DNA of 32,000 nt, taken from NCBI RefSeq assembly GCF_000012545.1, contig NC_007681.1, positions 1 to 32,000 on the forward strand, written 5' to 3'. Every line of letters starts with the position of its first letter. The first letter of the stretch is position 1. Under the pieces are notes generated by a model. It searched no databases. It saw nothing but the letters and a program-made list of their open reading frames with translations, and was not told the DNA's origin. Source of the DNA: Methanosphaera stadtmanae DSM 3091 (GTDB lineage Archaea > Methanobacteriota > Methanobacteria > Methanobacteriales > Methanobacteriaceae). Shown in pieces: positions 7,473-17,695 of this stretch. A program made the translations under genes and the position numbers.

Positions 7473-9731
7473 TTACTCCTTAAATTCACGTTGTGTTACA
7501 TCTATGATATTCGTTGCTGTTTTTTCTCCAATTCCTTCAACATCTTTTAATTCATTTTTTGATGCATTTACTATATTTTTAACATTTTTAAAATGTCTTA
7601 ATAGATTTTTTGCAGATACTGGACCGATTCCTGGAAGACTTTCTGTAATAAATAATTGTTGTTCTGGAAGTGTTACAGGTTTTGTTTGTGTTCTAATACT
7701 TACGGGTTTTTTATTATCTTTATCTTTTTCACGAAGAGCAATTCTCTTTAGCATGAATGCAGTGTCTGTTTCATTCTGTGTCTGTATAATTGGTATTTTA
7801 AAGTCAAGTGCTATAGTTGCAAGGGCACCTCTTATAGCATTTGGATGAAGGAATGTATGATAAATGTTTTCCCCTTCAATTATCATTAAAGGTTTTTGAC
7901 AATTGTTACTTAATTCTTTAGCTTGCTGATATAATCTTTTATCTGTAATTGACTTACTAAAATCATCAATAGTTTTTCTTTCAATAATAATATCATCAGT
8001 TATTTGATAATCACCAACACCCATGGTTCTTACCTTAACTTCACAATTTATCTTATCAAGTTCACGCATGATATTGGAATTTTTCTCCCTATAATCAACA
8101 TAGATTACAACTTCTGCTTCATCAGAAACCTCTTGTGTATCTATTTTATTTTTATTAGAATCATATACTTTAACATCTTCCTTTTTTGCAACGTAGTTTT
8201 CAAGTGTAATTTCCTTTTTATGAGAATTATAAACGTTATTTCTCATAGCCTTTTCTTTTCTTTGACTTGACCAGTAATATGATTCGTCAAGAGTACCTTT
8301 AGTCATTAAAATAAACATTTCACCACTATGTTTTCGTCCTGTACGTCCTTTTCTTTGAATCATTCTAATTTCTGAAGGTACAGGTTCATATAATATAACA
8401 TAATCTACAGAAGGTATATCTATCCCTTCCTCTGCTACACTTGTTGAAATTAATATATTATAGTCCTCATTTTTAAAAGCATTAATTGTTTCAATCTGTT
8501 TTTTCTGACTTAAACCCTTATCATTCTCACGAGAAGCCTGTCCATAGAAACGTAGAGCCTTAAGATTATTCTTATTACAATTTTCATATATCGACTTTGT
8601 AGTATCTCTAAATTGACTAAATACAATTACTTTACTTTTTTTATCATCATCAATTATTTGATTAAGTAATTCTATTAATCTCTTCATTTTTGGATGATCA
8701 ATATCTTGTTGTTTATATCTTCTAGTTAAAAGTACTGCTTTATTGAATTTATAATCATTTTTAAGAGATTTTGCTGCTTTGGTTTTCTTTTTCTCTAATT
8801 TATTAAAGTAATTATTTAAGGTTTTAATACTCTGTGTTTCAAGTAATTCCTGTGAATGCATTATATTAATAACTTCAGTTAAAATAGATACTCCAGTAAA
8901 ATACTCCTTTTTAGGATTACTACTAGATGCAATCTTTTGTTGTAATCTTTTTTGTTCAACAAGAATTTCTCTTTTCGATGGCTTTGAAATTGAATCAATA
9001 ATTCCTAATTTTTTAAGAGTTCTTAACCTAATTTTAAGAGTTTCAGAGAGTAAATCCTTAATTTCCTTTAATTCTTCTGTAAGTTTTACTTTTATCCACT
9101 TTGTCTGCACTTGATTAAAATATGGTGCAACATCAGCATCATCTTCACTTTTTATTATAATCTCATTAACATATATGTTATGAGAAACTTCCTTAATCTT
9201 TGATTCTTCCCAACCAGGACTGGCAGTTAATCCTAATATTAACTGATTCTTCGCCTGTTGCACATATTTTTGGGCAAGATAGACATAGGAATACGATCCC
9301 ACTGCATGATGACATTCATCAAGAATAAGTAAACTTATATCTTCAAAGTTATATTCCTTTGATATTATATCAGATTCTATTGTTTGTGGAGTTGCACATA
9401 TTACTTGGTTTTCATTCCACAATTTTTTTCTATCACTTGGCTTATCATTTCCAGTTAAACTTGTAACACTTGCCTTTAGAAATTTCTTAAAACTATGTTC
9501 ATGTTGAAGAGTTAATGGTTTACTTGGTGCTAATATAAGTATTTTACTGTTTTTATAGTGTTTTAAACGTTCTGCTGAGACTAATGCTGCAATAACTGTT
9601 TTACCCATAGCAGTAGGTGCAACTATCATGGTGTTACCCTTTTTAAGGACACTCATAGCTAAATTTTGCTGATATAATCTTCCTTCTATTACATTCTTAT
9701 TTAAATATTCATGTTCAATCCAGTTTTTCAT
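7473..9731 (-). CDS. hef: Hef: helicase-associated endonuclease for fork-structured DNA (archaeal XPF/FANCM-type)
   Basis: The N-terminal SF2 helicase has APTAMGKT and LILDECHH. The C-terminal ERCC4 nuclease has GVGDY...IIERK..DD. A tandem HhH follows (LPGIGPVSAKNLL, VEGIGEKTA). The protein is 752 aa. Confidence 0.9.
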   Translation of the reverse strand: MKNWIEHEYLNKNVIEGRLYQQNLAMSVLKKGNTMIVAPTAMGKTVIAALVSAERLKHYKNSKILILAPSKPLTLQHEHSFKKFLKASVTSLTGNDKPSDRKKLWNENQVICATPQTIESDIISKEYNFEDISLLILDECHHAVGSYSYVYLAQKYVQQAKNQLILGLTASPGWEESKIKEVSHNIYVNEIIIKSEDDADVAPYFNQVQTKWIKVKLTEELKEIKDLLSETLKIRLRTLKKLGIIDSISKPSKREILVEQKRLQQKIASSSNPKKEYFTGVSILTEVINIMHSQELLETQSIKTLNNYFNKLEKKKTKAAKSLKNDYKFNKAVLLTRRYKQQDIDHPKMKRLIELLNQIIDDDKKSKVIVFSQFRDTTKSIYENCNKNNLKALRFYGQASRENDKGLSQKKQIETINAFKNEDYNILISTSVAEEGIDIPSVDYVILYEPVPSEIRMIQRKGRTGRKHSGEMFILMTKGTLDESYYWSSQRKEKAMRNNVYNSHKKEITLENYVAKKEDVKVYDSNKNKIDTQEVSDEAEVVIYVDYREKNSNIMRELDKINCEVKVRTMGVGDYQITDDIIIERKTIDDFSKSITDKRLYQQAKELSNNCQKPLMIIEGENIYHTFLHPNAIRGALATIALDFKIPIIQTQNETDTAFMLKRIALREKDKDNKKPVSIRTQTKPVTLPEQQLFITESLPGIGPVSAKNLLRHFKNVKNIVNASKNELKDVEGIGEKTATNIIDVTQREFKE

Positions 9732-9936
9732 GATAATAAATTCTTTGTTTTATATTGTTTATTAATCCTAGTTTTTTTATTGGGTATATTATTATAATTT
9801 GTATTACATTTCTATAAAACTAAACAATGTTTATCTATTTGTATACAAATAATTATAAATAAAAGTAAATACTATATAATAATATACAAAGAATTATAAA
9901 AAAGAATAAAAACTTGAACAAAAGTAGGTATTTAAA

Positions 9937-10080
9937 ATGAAAAAATTATTATCAACTAAAAACATTCCAAAAAATAACTTATCAAAATTAGCAGAAACTG
10001 AAGAAATAATGAAAAAAACATTTCTTAAAAAGATGATGTTTGGACAATATGCAGTAAACAAAGTTAAATTCACAGCTTAA
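9937..10080 (+). CDS. Possible 47-aa Lys-rich small protein (not in the ORF track; hypothetical)
   Basis: ATG at 9937 and TAA at 10078-10080. My translation is MKKLLSTKNIPKNNLSKLAETEEIMKKTFLKKMMFGQYAVNKVKFTA. It sits alone in a 443-bp intergenic gap. A T8 run follows about 20 nt after the stop. The RBS is weak (AGGT). I recognise no homology. Confidence 0.2.
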   Translation: MKKLLSTKNIPKNNLSKLAETEEIMKKTFLKKMMFGQYAVNKVKFTA

Positions 10081-10174
10081 ACTCCCAATAAAAATCCTTT
10101 TTTTTAAATAAAATTCTAAAAATATAAAAAGAGTAAATATTAATATAAATTAATTATATTAACATAATAATAAC

Positions 10175-11374
10175 TTATTCTGAAATCATATTTATTAAAT
10201 TTTCAACAGTATCGTATACAACATCTAATTTACACATATTTGGAACATAATTTGCTGCTTTAGCAGAATTTACTCCGATAACTTCATAGTCTAACTCTTC
10301 AATAGGAGCAACAACCATACAAGTATCAGATACAATTTTACCTCCAGCTTTTTCAATAATATCCAAGTATCCACACTGTTTACTTATTGATTTAATAGCT
10401 TTTGAAGTACAAATCCATAGATCTTTAGTTAATTTCTTGTCTTTAACTAAGTTAGCAACTTCCTGAATTTCAGATATAGATGCATGAGGACAACCAAGAC
10501 ATACTAGATCAGGTATTTTATCAGTAGTAGTTAATTGTTCAAGAGTTTCTTCAATCATGTTTTTATCAACAGTCACTGTTTCAAGTTCTTCAAATGAATC
10601 ATGACACCTTGAATAATCAGCCTCTGGAGTAACATTCTCCACATGGTACAAACTCACAGCACCACTAGAAGCTAGAGCTGCACCTAATGTTTTTAAATTA
10701 TTACGTCCAGGATTTTTATTAATTCTAAAGTATGGTTTTTTATCATTAACAATCTGTCCAACATAATAACCTAAAGCACCAATTTCTGCTTCATTTACAA
10801 AATCATAATCTACATTAAATATCATATCAGCTACTCTATTTTCAAGTATATGATTTCCATAATATGGTGTTCTTCCAACAATAGCTGCAAGAAGTGCACT
10901 TGGTCCACCTTCACGATTAGTTCTAGCACCAATAACACTATTAACATAACATACAGCAGATGATTCTGACCAAGCAACATGTTCATTAAGCATAGGTGTA
11001 TTTCCTATAAGATATGGTGTACATGTACAAGTACTCATAACACCAATACTTTCATATCCATTGATTATATCAATTTGTTTATCAGTAAATTCTTTACTAA
11101 ATCCTAATTCCTGCCAATTCTCAATATCTACACCTGCAGGATTTAACATGGTTTCAAGGGTAACATCTGCCTTTTTACCTAAATCAACTACAAAATCTAA
11201 TCCAGCATCTCCAATAGTTTTATATGAAACTCCAGATACTTGGGCAGATGTAATAGGAATCATTTTTTCAGCATCATATATTTTACCTAAACTTACTAGA
11301 ATTTCCATACATTCTGCTTTTCCTTCTCCATATTCACCATTATACATGTCTTCTTCATATTTTGTAAGCTGCAT
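10175..11374 (-). CDS. AcnX-type (DUF521) dehydratase large subunit, probably phosphomevalonate dehydratase of the archaeal mevalonate pathway
   Basis: The N-terminus LTKYEEDMYNGEYGEGKAECMEILVSLGKIYDAEKMIPITSAQVSG is typical of DUF521. Conserved Cys contexts are CTCTPY, GCPHAS and DTCM. The start is ambiguous: the ATG at 11374 gives 399 aa, and the ATG at 11395 is also possible. The longer ORF-track start overlaps the upstream gene. Confidence 0.6.
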   Translation of the reverse strand: MQLTKYEEDMYNGEYGEGKAECMEILVSLGKIYDAEKMIPITSAQVSGVSYKTIGDAGLDFVVDLGKKADVTLETMLNPAGVDIENWQELGFSKEFTDKQIDIINGYESIGVMSTCTCTPYLIGNTPMLNEHVAWSESSAVCYVNSVIGARTNREGGPSALLAAIVGRTPYYGNHILENRVADMIFNVDYDFVNEAEIGALGYYVGQIVNDKKPYFRINKNPGRNNLKTLGAALASSGAVSLYHVENVTPEADYSRCHDSFEELETVTVDKNMIEETLEQLTTTDKIPDLVCLGCPHASISEIQEVANLVKDKKLTKDLWICTSKAIKSISKQCGYLDIIEKAGGKIVSDTCMVVAPIEELDYEVIGVNSAKAANYVPNMCKLDVVYDTVENLINMISE

Positions 11375-11402
11375 ATTATCACAATCTTCTTTCATATTTA
11401 TA

Positions 11403-12770
11403 TTATTTCTTAATTTGATATTCAACCATTTCATCAACAAGATGGATGAAATTATCCTTTTGATTTGCTGGTATAGTTGCACCAGCTGCTATGTTATGTC
11501 CACCACCAGAACCATTAAAGTTATTTGATGCTTGGTTCATAATAACACCAAGATTTACTCCTTTTTCAATCATATTATCAGTGGTTCTTGAGGATACTTT
11601 AATAAGGTTATCCATCTTCATAAGACTTAATATAGGTTTATCTGGTAATAATCCAAGATCTATACCAATACTACTTACAGCAGCAGCAATTTTCTTCTGC
11701 TCCTTATCTTCAGTATAGATATATTGAATATTCTCCTTTTCAATACTACCTTCTCTTTTTATCCACTCAATTCCATTTTGCATAGTACTACCATACTTAG
11801 AAAGTAATGATTTAGCATATTCCATTTGTTGATATTTTCCCATTTGAATACTTATTGCAGCAGTATATTCTTTATTTTTACCACATGCATTTAATAGGTT
11901 AGAATACTCCTCAATATTAGTTAATTCATTTCTAATATTTGGAATAGTGTATATTTTTCCATAAATATCCTCATTAATACTTATTAATTCATTTTTAAGA
12001 GTTTCATATTCTTCTGGGGATAATTGATGAAGTAACTTATCTTTAGGAATGTCATGTTCCTCTAAAAATATTCTTGTTTTCTCTAAATCTCCAGATAATC
12101 CATTAATTATTGGAGTATACGTGTATGTGATGGATTTATCAAGTGTTTGAGTATTTGCATAAGCTAATTTTAATTCATTTTTCATAACAAGTGTATTATT
12201 CGCAACACCTTCATCTAAAATTAGTTTGTTAATTCCTTGAGGACCATTTTTAAATTGCATATCTCCATATGCACCAGTTAGAGCCAAACCTGCTAATTCA
12301 TAATATTCATATCCATGTACAGATAAATATGAAAGACCTGAACCACTAACTTCTTTGGTTCCATCAATATTAAAAATATGAGGATTTACGTGAATTATTT
12401 CTTTATTATCTACTTGTATTTCTGGATTAACACCTTCAGGTACTTGATGATGATCAGCAATAATAACATCACCCTTTAATTTAGAAATACTTTCTAGATT
12501 TCCACTTCCCATATCAGAGAAAATAAATAATTTATATCTGGATTTATTAAGTTCTTTAACATTACTGTCTCTAAGACGTGGTAATATTGTAATATGGAAT
12601 TTACCTCCTGCTTTTTTTATTGCATTTGCAAAAATTCCAGCAGAAGTTAGTCCATCAGCATCGTTGTGAGAAATAATTCTCACAACATGCCCTTTTTCAA
12701 TATGTAATCTAAGAAGATTACAAGCTTCATCAGCTCTATTTAACAAGTAAAGCTGCTGTTTTTGGATCAT
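11403..12770 (-). CDS. DHH/DHHA1 phosphoesterase, archaeal RecJ/Cdc45-like nuclease (GAN-type)
   Basis: Motifs [15 protein letters not shown] and a GGGH motif ([12 protein letters not shown]) are present. The start is uncertain; the ATG at 12770 overlaps the rps15 3' end by about 35 nt. Confidence 0.72.
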   Translation of the reverse strand: MIQKQQLYLLNRADEACNLLRLHIEKGHVVRIISHNDADGLTSAGIFANAIKKAGGKFHITILPRLRDSNVKELNKSRYKLFIFSDMGSGNLESISKLKGDVIIADHHQVPEGVNPEIQVDNKEIIHVNPHIFNIDGTKEVSGSGLSYLSVHGYEYYELAGLALTGAYGDMQFKNGPQGINKLILDEGVANNTLVMKNELKLAYANTQTLDKSITYTYTPIINGLSGDLEKTRIFLEEHDIPKDKLLHQLSPEEYETLKNELISINEDIYGKIYTIPNIRNELTNIEEYSNLLNACGKNKEYTAAISIQMGKYQQMEYAKSLLSKYGSTMQNGIEWIKREGSIEKENIQYIYTEDKEQKKIAAAVSSIGIDLGLLPDKPILSLMKMDNLIKVSSRTTDNMIEKGVNLGVIMNQASNNFNGSGGGHNIAAGATIPANQKDNFIHLVDEMVEYQIKK

Positions 12771-13137
12771 ATCTCCATCCTTCAGGAAGAACATTGTTTC
12801 TTGTGTAGTATTTTACAAGTCTTCTGATTTTAGATTCTATTTTAATTAATCCTCTTTTTGTGTGAATATCTTTTGGATTTTCTTCGAGGTGTTCTCTTAT
12901 GTTTACAGCTCTTTTAATTAAGTTTAATAAGTCTTCAGGATATTCAAAGTCAGTTCCATTTCTTTTAAGAATATCTGTAATTTTTTCTCCAAGCACTGCT
13001 TTAGTATTTGGAATTCCATGTTGGTCTCTTAATGTAATACCAATTTGACTTGTACTTTGTCCTTCTTTATGTAATTTTACTATTAATTCTTCAATTTCTT
13101 CTGGGCTTTGTTCTACCCATTCAGGTTTTGCTGCCAT
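12736..13137 (-). CDS. rps15: 30S ribosomal protein S15 (uS15, archaeal S15P/S13e type)
   Basis: 133 aa. The N-terminal extension ([25 protein letters not shown]) plus the S15 core is typical of archaeal uS15. A GGAG RBS is present. Confidence 0.9.
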   Translation of the reverse strand: MAAKPEWVEQSPEEIEELIVKLHKEGQSTSQIGITLRDQHGIPNTKAVLGEKITDILKRNGTDFEYPEDLLNLIKRAVNIREHLEENPKDIHTKRGLIKIESKIRRLVKYYTRNNVLPEGWRYDPKTAALLVK

Positions 13138-13238
13138 ATTTTTTTACTCCATAAATTTATTTTTATAGTATTTTATATTATTATTTAAAAAAATCATAGT
13201 TTCTTTTTTATAATTTCAATAATATAATAATTTACTAT

Positions 13239-13799
13239 TCACAAATTAGAATACCAGTTAGCAAATTTCTCCATTGATAATCTTCTATGTGAACATTCAT
13301 TTTTTTCATCAGTAGTAAGCTCTCCATATGTTTTATCATATTTTTCAACATAAAAGAGTGGATCATATGCAAATCCATTGTTACCTTTCTCTTCTGATAA
13401 AATTTCTCCAGAAACAACACCTAAAAAAGTCTTGGGTTCACAATTGGGTGCACAATAACCAATACATGACCTGAATTCGGCATATCTATCTGGCTCATCT
13501 TTCATTAATTTTAAAATACCCTTATTTGTTATAGTATCTTGGACATAAGATGAGTATGTTCCAGGAAAATCATTAAGGGCTCTAATAAACAATCCAGTAT
13601 CATCTACTATAACTGGTTTTTGAAGTAAATCTGCAACATATTTTGCACCAAATGCTGCTACTTCTTCAATTGATCCTTGAACTTCAGGATAACCTGGATT
13701 TTCATGATCAACTTCTATACCAAATTTTTCAAAGATACCTCTTGCCTCTTTAACTTTATGTTTATTTCCAGTAATAAATGTTACTCTCATTTTAATCAT
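13239..13799 (-). CDS. rdgB: Non-canonical purine NTP pyrophosphatase (HAM1/RdgB family, XTP/dITP diphosphatase)
   Basis: [12 protein letters not shown] at the N-terminus, FAYDPLF, and a C-terminal SHR motif are present. 186 aa. An alternative ATG lies at 13790. Confidence 0.85.
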   Translation of the reverse strand: MIKMRVTFITGNKHKVKEARGIFEKFGIEVDHENPGYPEVQGSIEEVAAFGAKYVADLLQKPVIVDDTGLFIRALNDFPGTYSSYVQDTITNKGILKLMKDEPDRYAEFRSCIGYCAPNCEPKTFLGVVSGEILSEEKGNNGFAYDPLFYVEKYDKTYGELTTDEKNECSHRRLSMEKFANWYSNL

Positions 13800-13844
13800 T
13801 AATAATAATTTTTTTTATAAAAAAAAGTGGAATGGAATGATATA

Positions 13845-14924
13845 TTATTCCATTTGAGCTTTAGCAATTTCTTCTACTTTTGCACGGTATTCATCAGCTG
13901 TTTTTCCATTCAGGAGTGCATAAAGTATAGCTCCACCAGCTCCTACGCCTTCTTTTATAGATCCTTTTGTATATCTTGCTAATCCTTCATTTTCTGATTT
14001 TTCAAATTCTGGATCTGCTGCATAAACAGTTAAGTTTTCATCGATTTGATTTGCAATATCTAACATGTTTGATGTTTCATCATTTACAACATATACAGTT
14101 GTTGCAATAGCAATTTTACTAAAGTCAAAATCTGGTTCAATAGCTTTTATTGCTCCACATACTGCTAACATTTGTGTTCCACCAGCAAGTGTGACTGGTA
14201 CGTCACTACCAATAGCAAGTCCTGCTATAGCAATGATTGTAGGATCTCCTGCAACTTCAACAGCTTTAAAAGCATCGTCTTTTAGATCTCCTGGTTTAAG
14301 ATTATTTTTTGCTAATGCTGCATCTACAACACTGTTTTTTAATTCATGTGGATTTATTTGCATACATCCACTGATTTTATCTCTTACATCGTATCCTAAT
14401 GCTGTTAATACACCTTGTGCTGTTGTAGTACCTGCAGGTGTGGATTCAGCAATCATAATATGACTAGTTAATTTAGATAAAGTTTTTGCAGTTATTAGAG
14501 CATTGTCAAATATTTCTTTAGGATTTGGAACACCATTACCTTCTCTTAAGTCTCCTCCAGGTTGTCCATTAAGTTCAATGTATGGAACTTTAGGAGTAAC
14601 TTCAAGTCCTGCATTTATTGCAATGAACGGAATATTAAGTAAATCAAGGGTTGCTTTAGTAAGTACTCCTGGAGTAGGTGTAGGATCTCCATCTTCAACT
14701 GTCATAGCAATTTCTGGAAGACTCAGTGCCATATTTTTCATTATAAGTTCTGCATCTAATGCAGGAGTGTATGGTGTTAATTCTGGACTTCCACCAGCAC
14801 CACTAATACCTGGTATTTTAGATACTGCTGTATTTGATAAAACACATGCGAAAATAATATCATCATTGTTTCTAAGTCTTTCTAGTTGTTTTTCTGATCC
14901 ATATATTTTTATATTTTCTGTCAT
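13845..14924 (-). CDS. cobT: Archaeal-type CobT (UPF0284; nicotinate-nucleotide-dimethylbenzimidazole phosphoribosyltransferase family)
   Basis: PGISGAGGSPELT and IAESTPAGTTTAQG motifs are present. 359 aa. Confidence 0.7.
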   Translation of the reverse strand: MTENIKIYGSEKQLERLRNNDDIIFACVLSNTAVSKIPGISGAGGSPELTPYTPALDAELIMKNMALSLPEIAMTVEDGDPTPTPGVLTKATLDLLNIPFIAINAGLEVTPKVPYIELNGQPGGDLREGNGVPNPKEIFDNALITAKTLSKLTSHIMIAESTPAGTTTAQGVLTALGYDVRDKISGCMQINPHELKNSVVDAALAKNNLKPGDLKDDAFKAVEVAGDPTIIAIAGLAIGSDVPVTLAGGTQMLAVCGAIKAIEPDFDFSKIAIATTVYVVNDETSNMLDIANQIDENLTVYAADPEFEKSENEGLARYTKGSIKEGVGAGGAILYALLNGKTADEYRAKVEEIAKAQME

Positions 14925-15047
14925 TTACATCACTAACTATAATAATTCATTACTTATCTATACGATTATATTATTAAATATAGTATCAAGATATAATAAT
15001 AGTTATTAATTATTTTTAAAGAATAATTTAAATGGAGAGAACATTAA

Positions 15048-16652
15048 TTGATTTGTCTAGGAATAGAGGGTACAGCAGAAAAGTGTGGTATTGGTATTGT
15101 GGACTCTGATGGAAATATATTAGCTACTTGTGGATGTCAACTTTATCCAGAAGTAGGTGGAATTCATCCAAGGGAAGCAGCAAATTTTCATGCAGAACAC
15201 ATTGTACCTTTAATTAGAGAGGCACTTGAAGAGTCAAATTTATCTATTAATGATATTGACTTAGTGTCTTTTGCAAAGGGTCCTGGTCTTGGACCAGCTT
15301 TAAGAACTGTTGCAACTGCTGCAAGAAGTTTATCTCAAAATATTGGGGTGCCGTTAATCGGTGTAAATCATTGTATAGGGCATGTGGAGATTGGGAAATT
15401 AACAACTGGAGCTAAAGATCCTTTAACATTATATACAAGTGGTGGTAATACTCAAATAATTAGTTATGAATCTGGAAGATATAGGATTATTGGAGAAACA
15501 TTGGACATTGCAATTGGTAACTGTTTAGATCAGTTTTCAAGGGATATTGGTTTAGGACATCCTGGAGGACCTATTGTTGAAAAACATGCAGAAAATACTA
15601 ATAAAACAATAGAATTACCCTATGTTGTTAAAGGTATGGATTTATCCTTCTCTGGAATTTTAACTAGTGCTATTAATAAGTATAAACAAGGTGTTGACTT
15701 AGATGTAATATGTAATAGTTTTCAACAAACATGTTTTGCAATGCTTTGTGAGGTAACAGAAAGGGCAATAAGTTACACTGGAAAGAATGAAGTGTTGTTA
15801 TGTGGAGGTGTTGCTGCAAATAGTAAGTTACGTCAGATGCTACAAGTTATGTGTGAGGATCATTATGTTGACTTTTACATGCCTCCTATGAAGTATTGTG
15901 GTGATAATGGTTCTATGATAGCAAGAGTGGGTCTTTTATCATATGATGAGAATAAATGTGGTATAGAAAATAGTTATATTAATCCAAAGTATAGAACAGA
16001 TCAAGTAGAAGTTACATGGATAAAAGATAACTTTCAGCATAATATAAATCTCCCTGATAATATTAAAGAAAAAGGTGCTGAAGCCGATATAATTGAAGGT
16101 ATTTGGGATGAGAGAGAAGTTATTATAAAACATCGTGTTAAAAAGAAATATCGTGTAGATAAACTAGATGAAAAATTAAGATTAGAGAGAACTAAAGAAG
16201 AAGCAAAATTACTCTCTGATTGTAAAAAATATGGAGTAACAACACCCTATATCTATTCAATAGATCTTAATAGAAAAGATATTATTCTAGAAAAAATAGA
16301 TGCTCCTAAGTTACATGAAATAATAAATACTGATAAAGATATAAAGAAAATATTTACAAATATTGGAGAAATGGTTTTTAAAATGCATGAAGGTGAAATA
16401 ATTCATGGGGATCTAACAACAGCTAACATACTCATAAAAGATGATAAACCAATATTCATTGATTTTGGACTAGGAAAGTATAGTAATCTCTTAGAAGATA
16501 AAGGAACAGATCTACTTGTATTTAAAAAATCATTAAATACAATAATTCCAGAAAAATCAGAAGAACTATTTAATTACTTCTTAAATGGTTATGATAATGA
16601 AGATGTAATTAAAAAAATAGATGAAATTGAAAAAAGAGGAAGATACCTCTAA
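15048..16652 (+). CDS. kae1: Kae1-Bud32 fusion (tRNA t6A threonylcarbamoyltransferase fused to the small Bud32 kinase)
   Basis: The N-terminal Kae1 part has GIEGTAEKCGIG, NHCIGH and GGVAAN. The C-terminal ~200 aa form a Bud32/RIO-like kinase (GAEADI, HGDLTTANIL, IDFGLG). TTG start at 15048, with GGAGA nine nt upstream. Confidence 0.88.
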   Translation: MICLGIEGTAEKCGIGIVDSDGNILATCGCQLYPEVGGIHPREAANFHAEHIVPLIREALEESNLSINDIDLVSFAKGPGLGPALRTVATAARSLSQNIGVPLIGVNHCIGHVEIGKLTTGAKDPLTLYTSGGNTQIISYESGRYRIIGETLDIAIGNCLDQFSRDIGLGHPGGPIVEKHAENTNKTIELPYVVKGMDLSFSGILTSAINKYKQGVDLDVICNSFQQTCFAMLCEVTERAISYTGKNEVLLCGGVAANSKLRQMLQVMCEDHYVDFYMPPMKYCGDNGSMIARVGLLSYDENKCGIENSYINPKYRTDQVEVTWIKDNFQHNINLPDNIKEKGAEADIIEGIWDEREVIIKHRVKKKYRVDKLDEKLRLERTKEEAKLLSDCKKYGVTTPYIYSIDLNRKDIILEKIDAPKLHEIINTDKDIKKIFTNIGEMVFKMHEGEIIHGDLTTANILIKDDKPIFIDFGLGKYSNLLEDKGTDLLVFKKSLNTIIPEKSEELFNYFLNGYDNEDVIKKIDEIEKRGRYL

Positions 16653-16659
16653 ATTTTTT

Positions 16660-17490
16660 TTATAATACCACTGATAATATAATTGTTATAATACCTATTA
16701 TTGTACAATAGTATGCAAAAATATCTAAACTCCAACCTTTAATCATTTTCATAAGTAATTTTATAGATAAATATCCAAATATTACTGATGATATAAATCC
16801 AGCAAGAAGTACACTTGCTGATGCATCAAGTGTAGCAATATCCTTAATTTGTATAAGACCTGCTCCAATAACTGCAGGAATACTTAATAAGAAACTATAT
16901 CTAGCAGCATATTCTCTGTTTAGTCCAAGACATAATCCTGATGCAATTGTAGATCCAGATCTTGAAATACCTGGAAATACTGCAAGTCCTTGACAAATAC
17001 CAACAATCAATGCTTGTTTAAAGGACATATCTTTTTGAGTAATTTGTCCAGATGAATGTCTTTCTGAATAATAAAGAACAGCAGCTGTAACAAGTAGGAA
17101 AATACCTACAAATAAAGTACCTCTAAATATTGTTTCAATAGCATCCTTTAATAAAATACCCATAATTCCTGTTGGAATAGTACCTACAATGATTAACCAT
17201 GCAAATCTTTTTTCTGGAACTCTATGAAGTTCTCTTTTAAATATATCTACTCCTTCTGTAAGATCAATAATACTAAGAATAAATCCTTTTATCAGATTTA
17301 TAATATCCTTCCAAAAGAAGGTAAAAATAGCAACTAATGTTCCTATATGTAATATAGTGTCGAATGCAAGTCCAGTTTCAATACCAAGAAGGGCTGGAAC
17401 TAAAACAAGATGACCTGAACTACTAATAGGTAGAAACTCACTAATTCCCTGAACTGCTCCTAAAATAATAGCACTTAATATATCTAACAA
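16660..17490 (-). CDS. uppP: Undecaprenyl-diphosphate phosphatase (BacA/UppP)
   Basis: SEFLPISSSGHL and PGISRSGSTI motifs are present. The protein is polytopic and hydrophobic, 276 aa. TTG start at 17490, preceded by AGGTGA. Confidence 0.9.
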   Translation of the reverse strand: MLDILSAIILGAVQGISEFLPISSSGHLVLVPALLGIETGLAFDTILHIGTLVAIFTFFWKDIINLIKGFILSIIDLTEGVDIFKRELHRVPEKRFAWLIIVGTIPTGIMGILLKDAIETIFRGTLFVGIFLLVTAAVLYYSERHSSGQITQKDMSFKQALIVGICQGLAVFPGISRSGSTIASGLCLGLNREYAARYSFLLSIPAVIGAGLIQIKDIATLDASASVLLAGFISSVIFGYLSIKLLMKMIKGWSLDIFAYYCTIIGIITIILSVVL

Positions 17491-17695
17491 TCTATCACCT
17501 AATTTTTTTTTATCTAAAATTTAATAAATTATTTACATAAAATTGATAATTATCATAAATAAGTCTTTTCTATGTTAATAGATAAATATGTATTGTTCAA
17601 ATAATAAAATTATTGTTTATTTAAAATTTAAGAATTAATATGATATTTTTTTTATAAACATCATTTAAAAAGAGAAAAAAATGAAGATTGAACAA

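Noticed and set aside
11375-11482. Long N-terminal extensions in the ORF track: AcnX 11375-11482, ilvN-1 27803-27889, ilvN-2 30039-30059, Nudix 7469-7489, recJ-like 12771-12794
   Set aside because: The extensions overlap the upstream gene, lack family-typical sequence, and internal ATGs give canonical protein lengths and N-termini. Some of these ATGs have a clear RBS.
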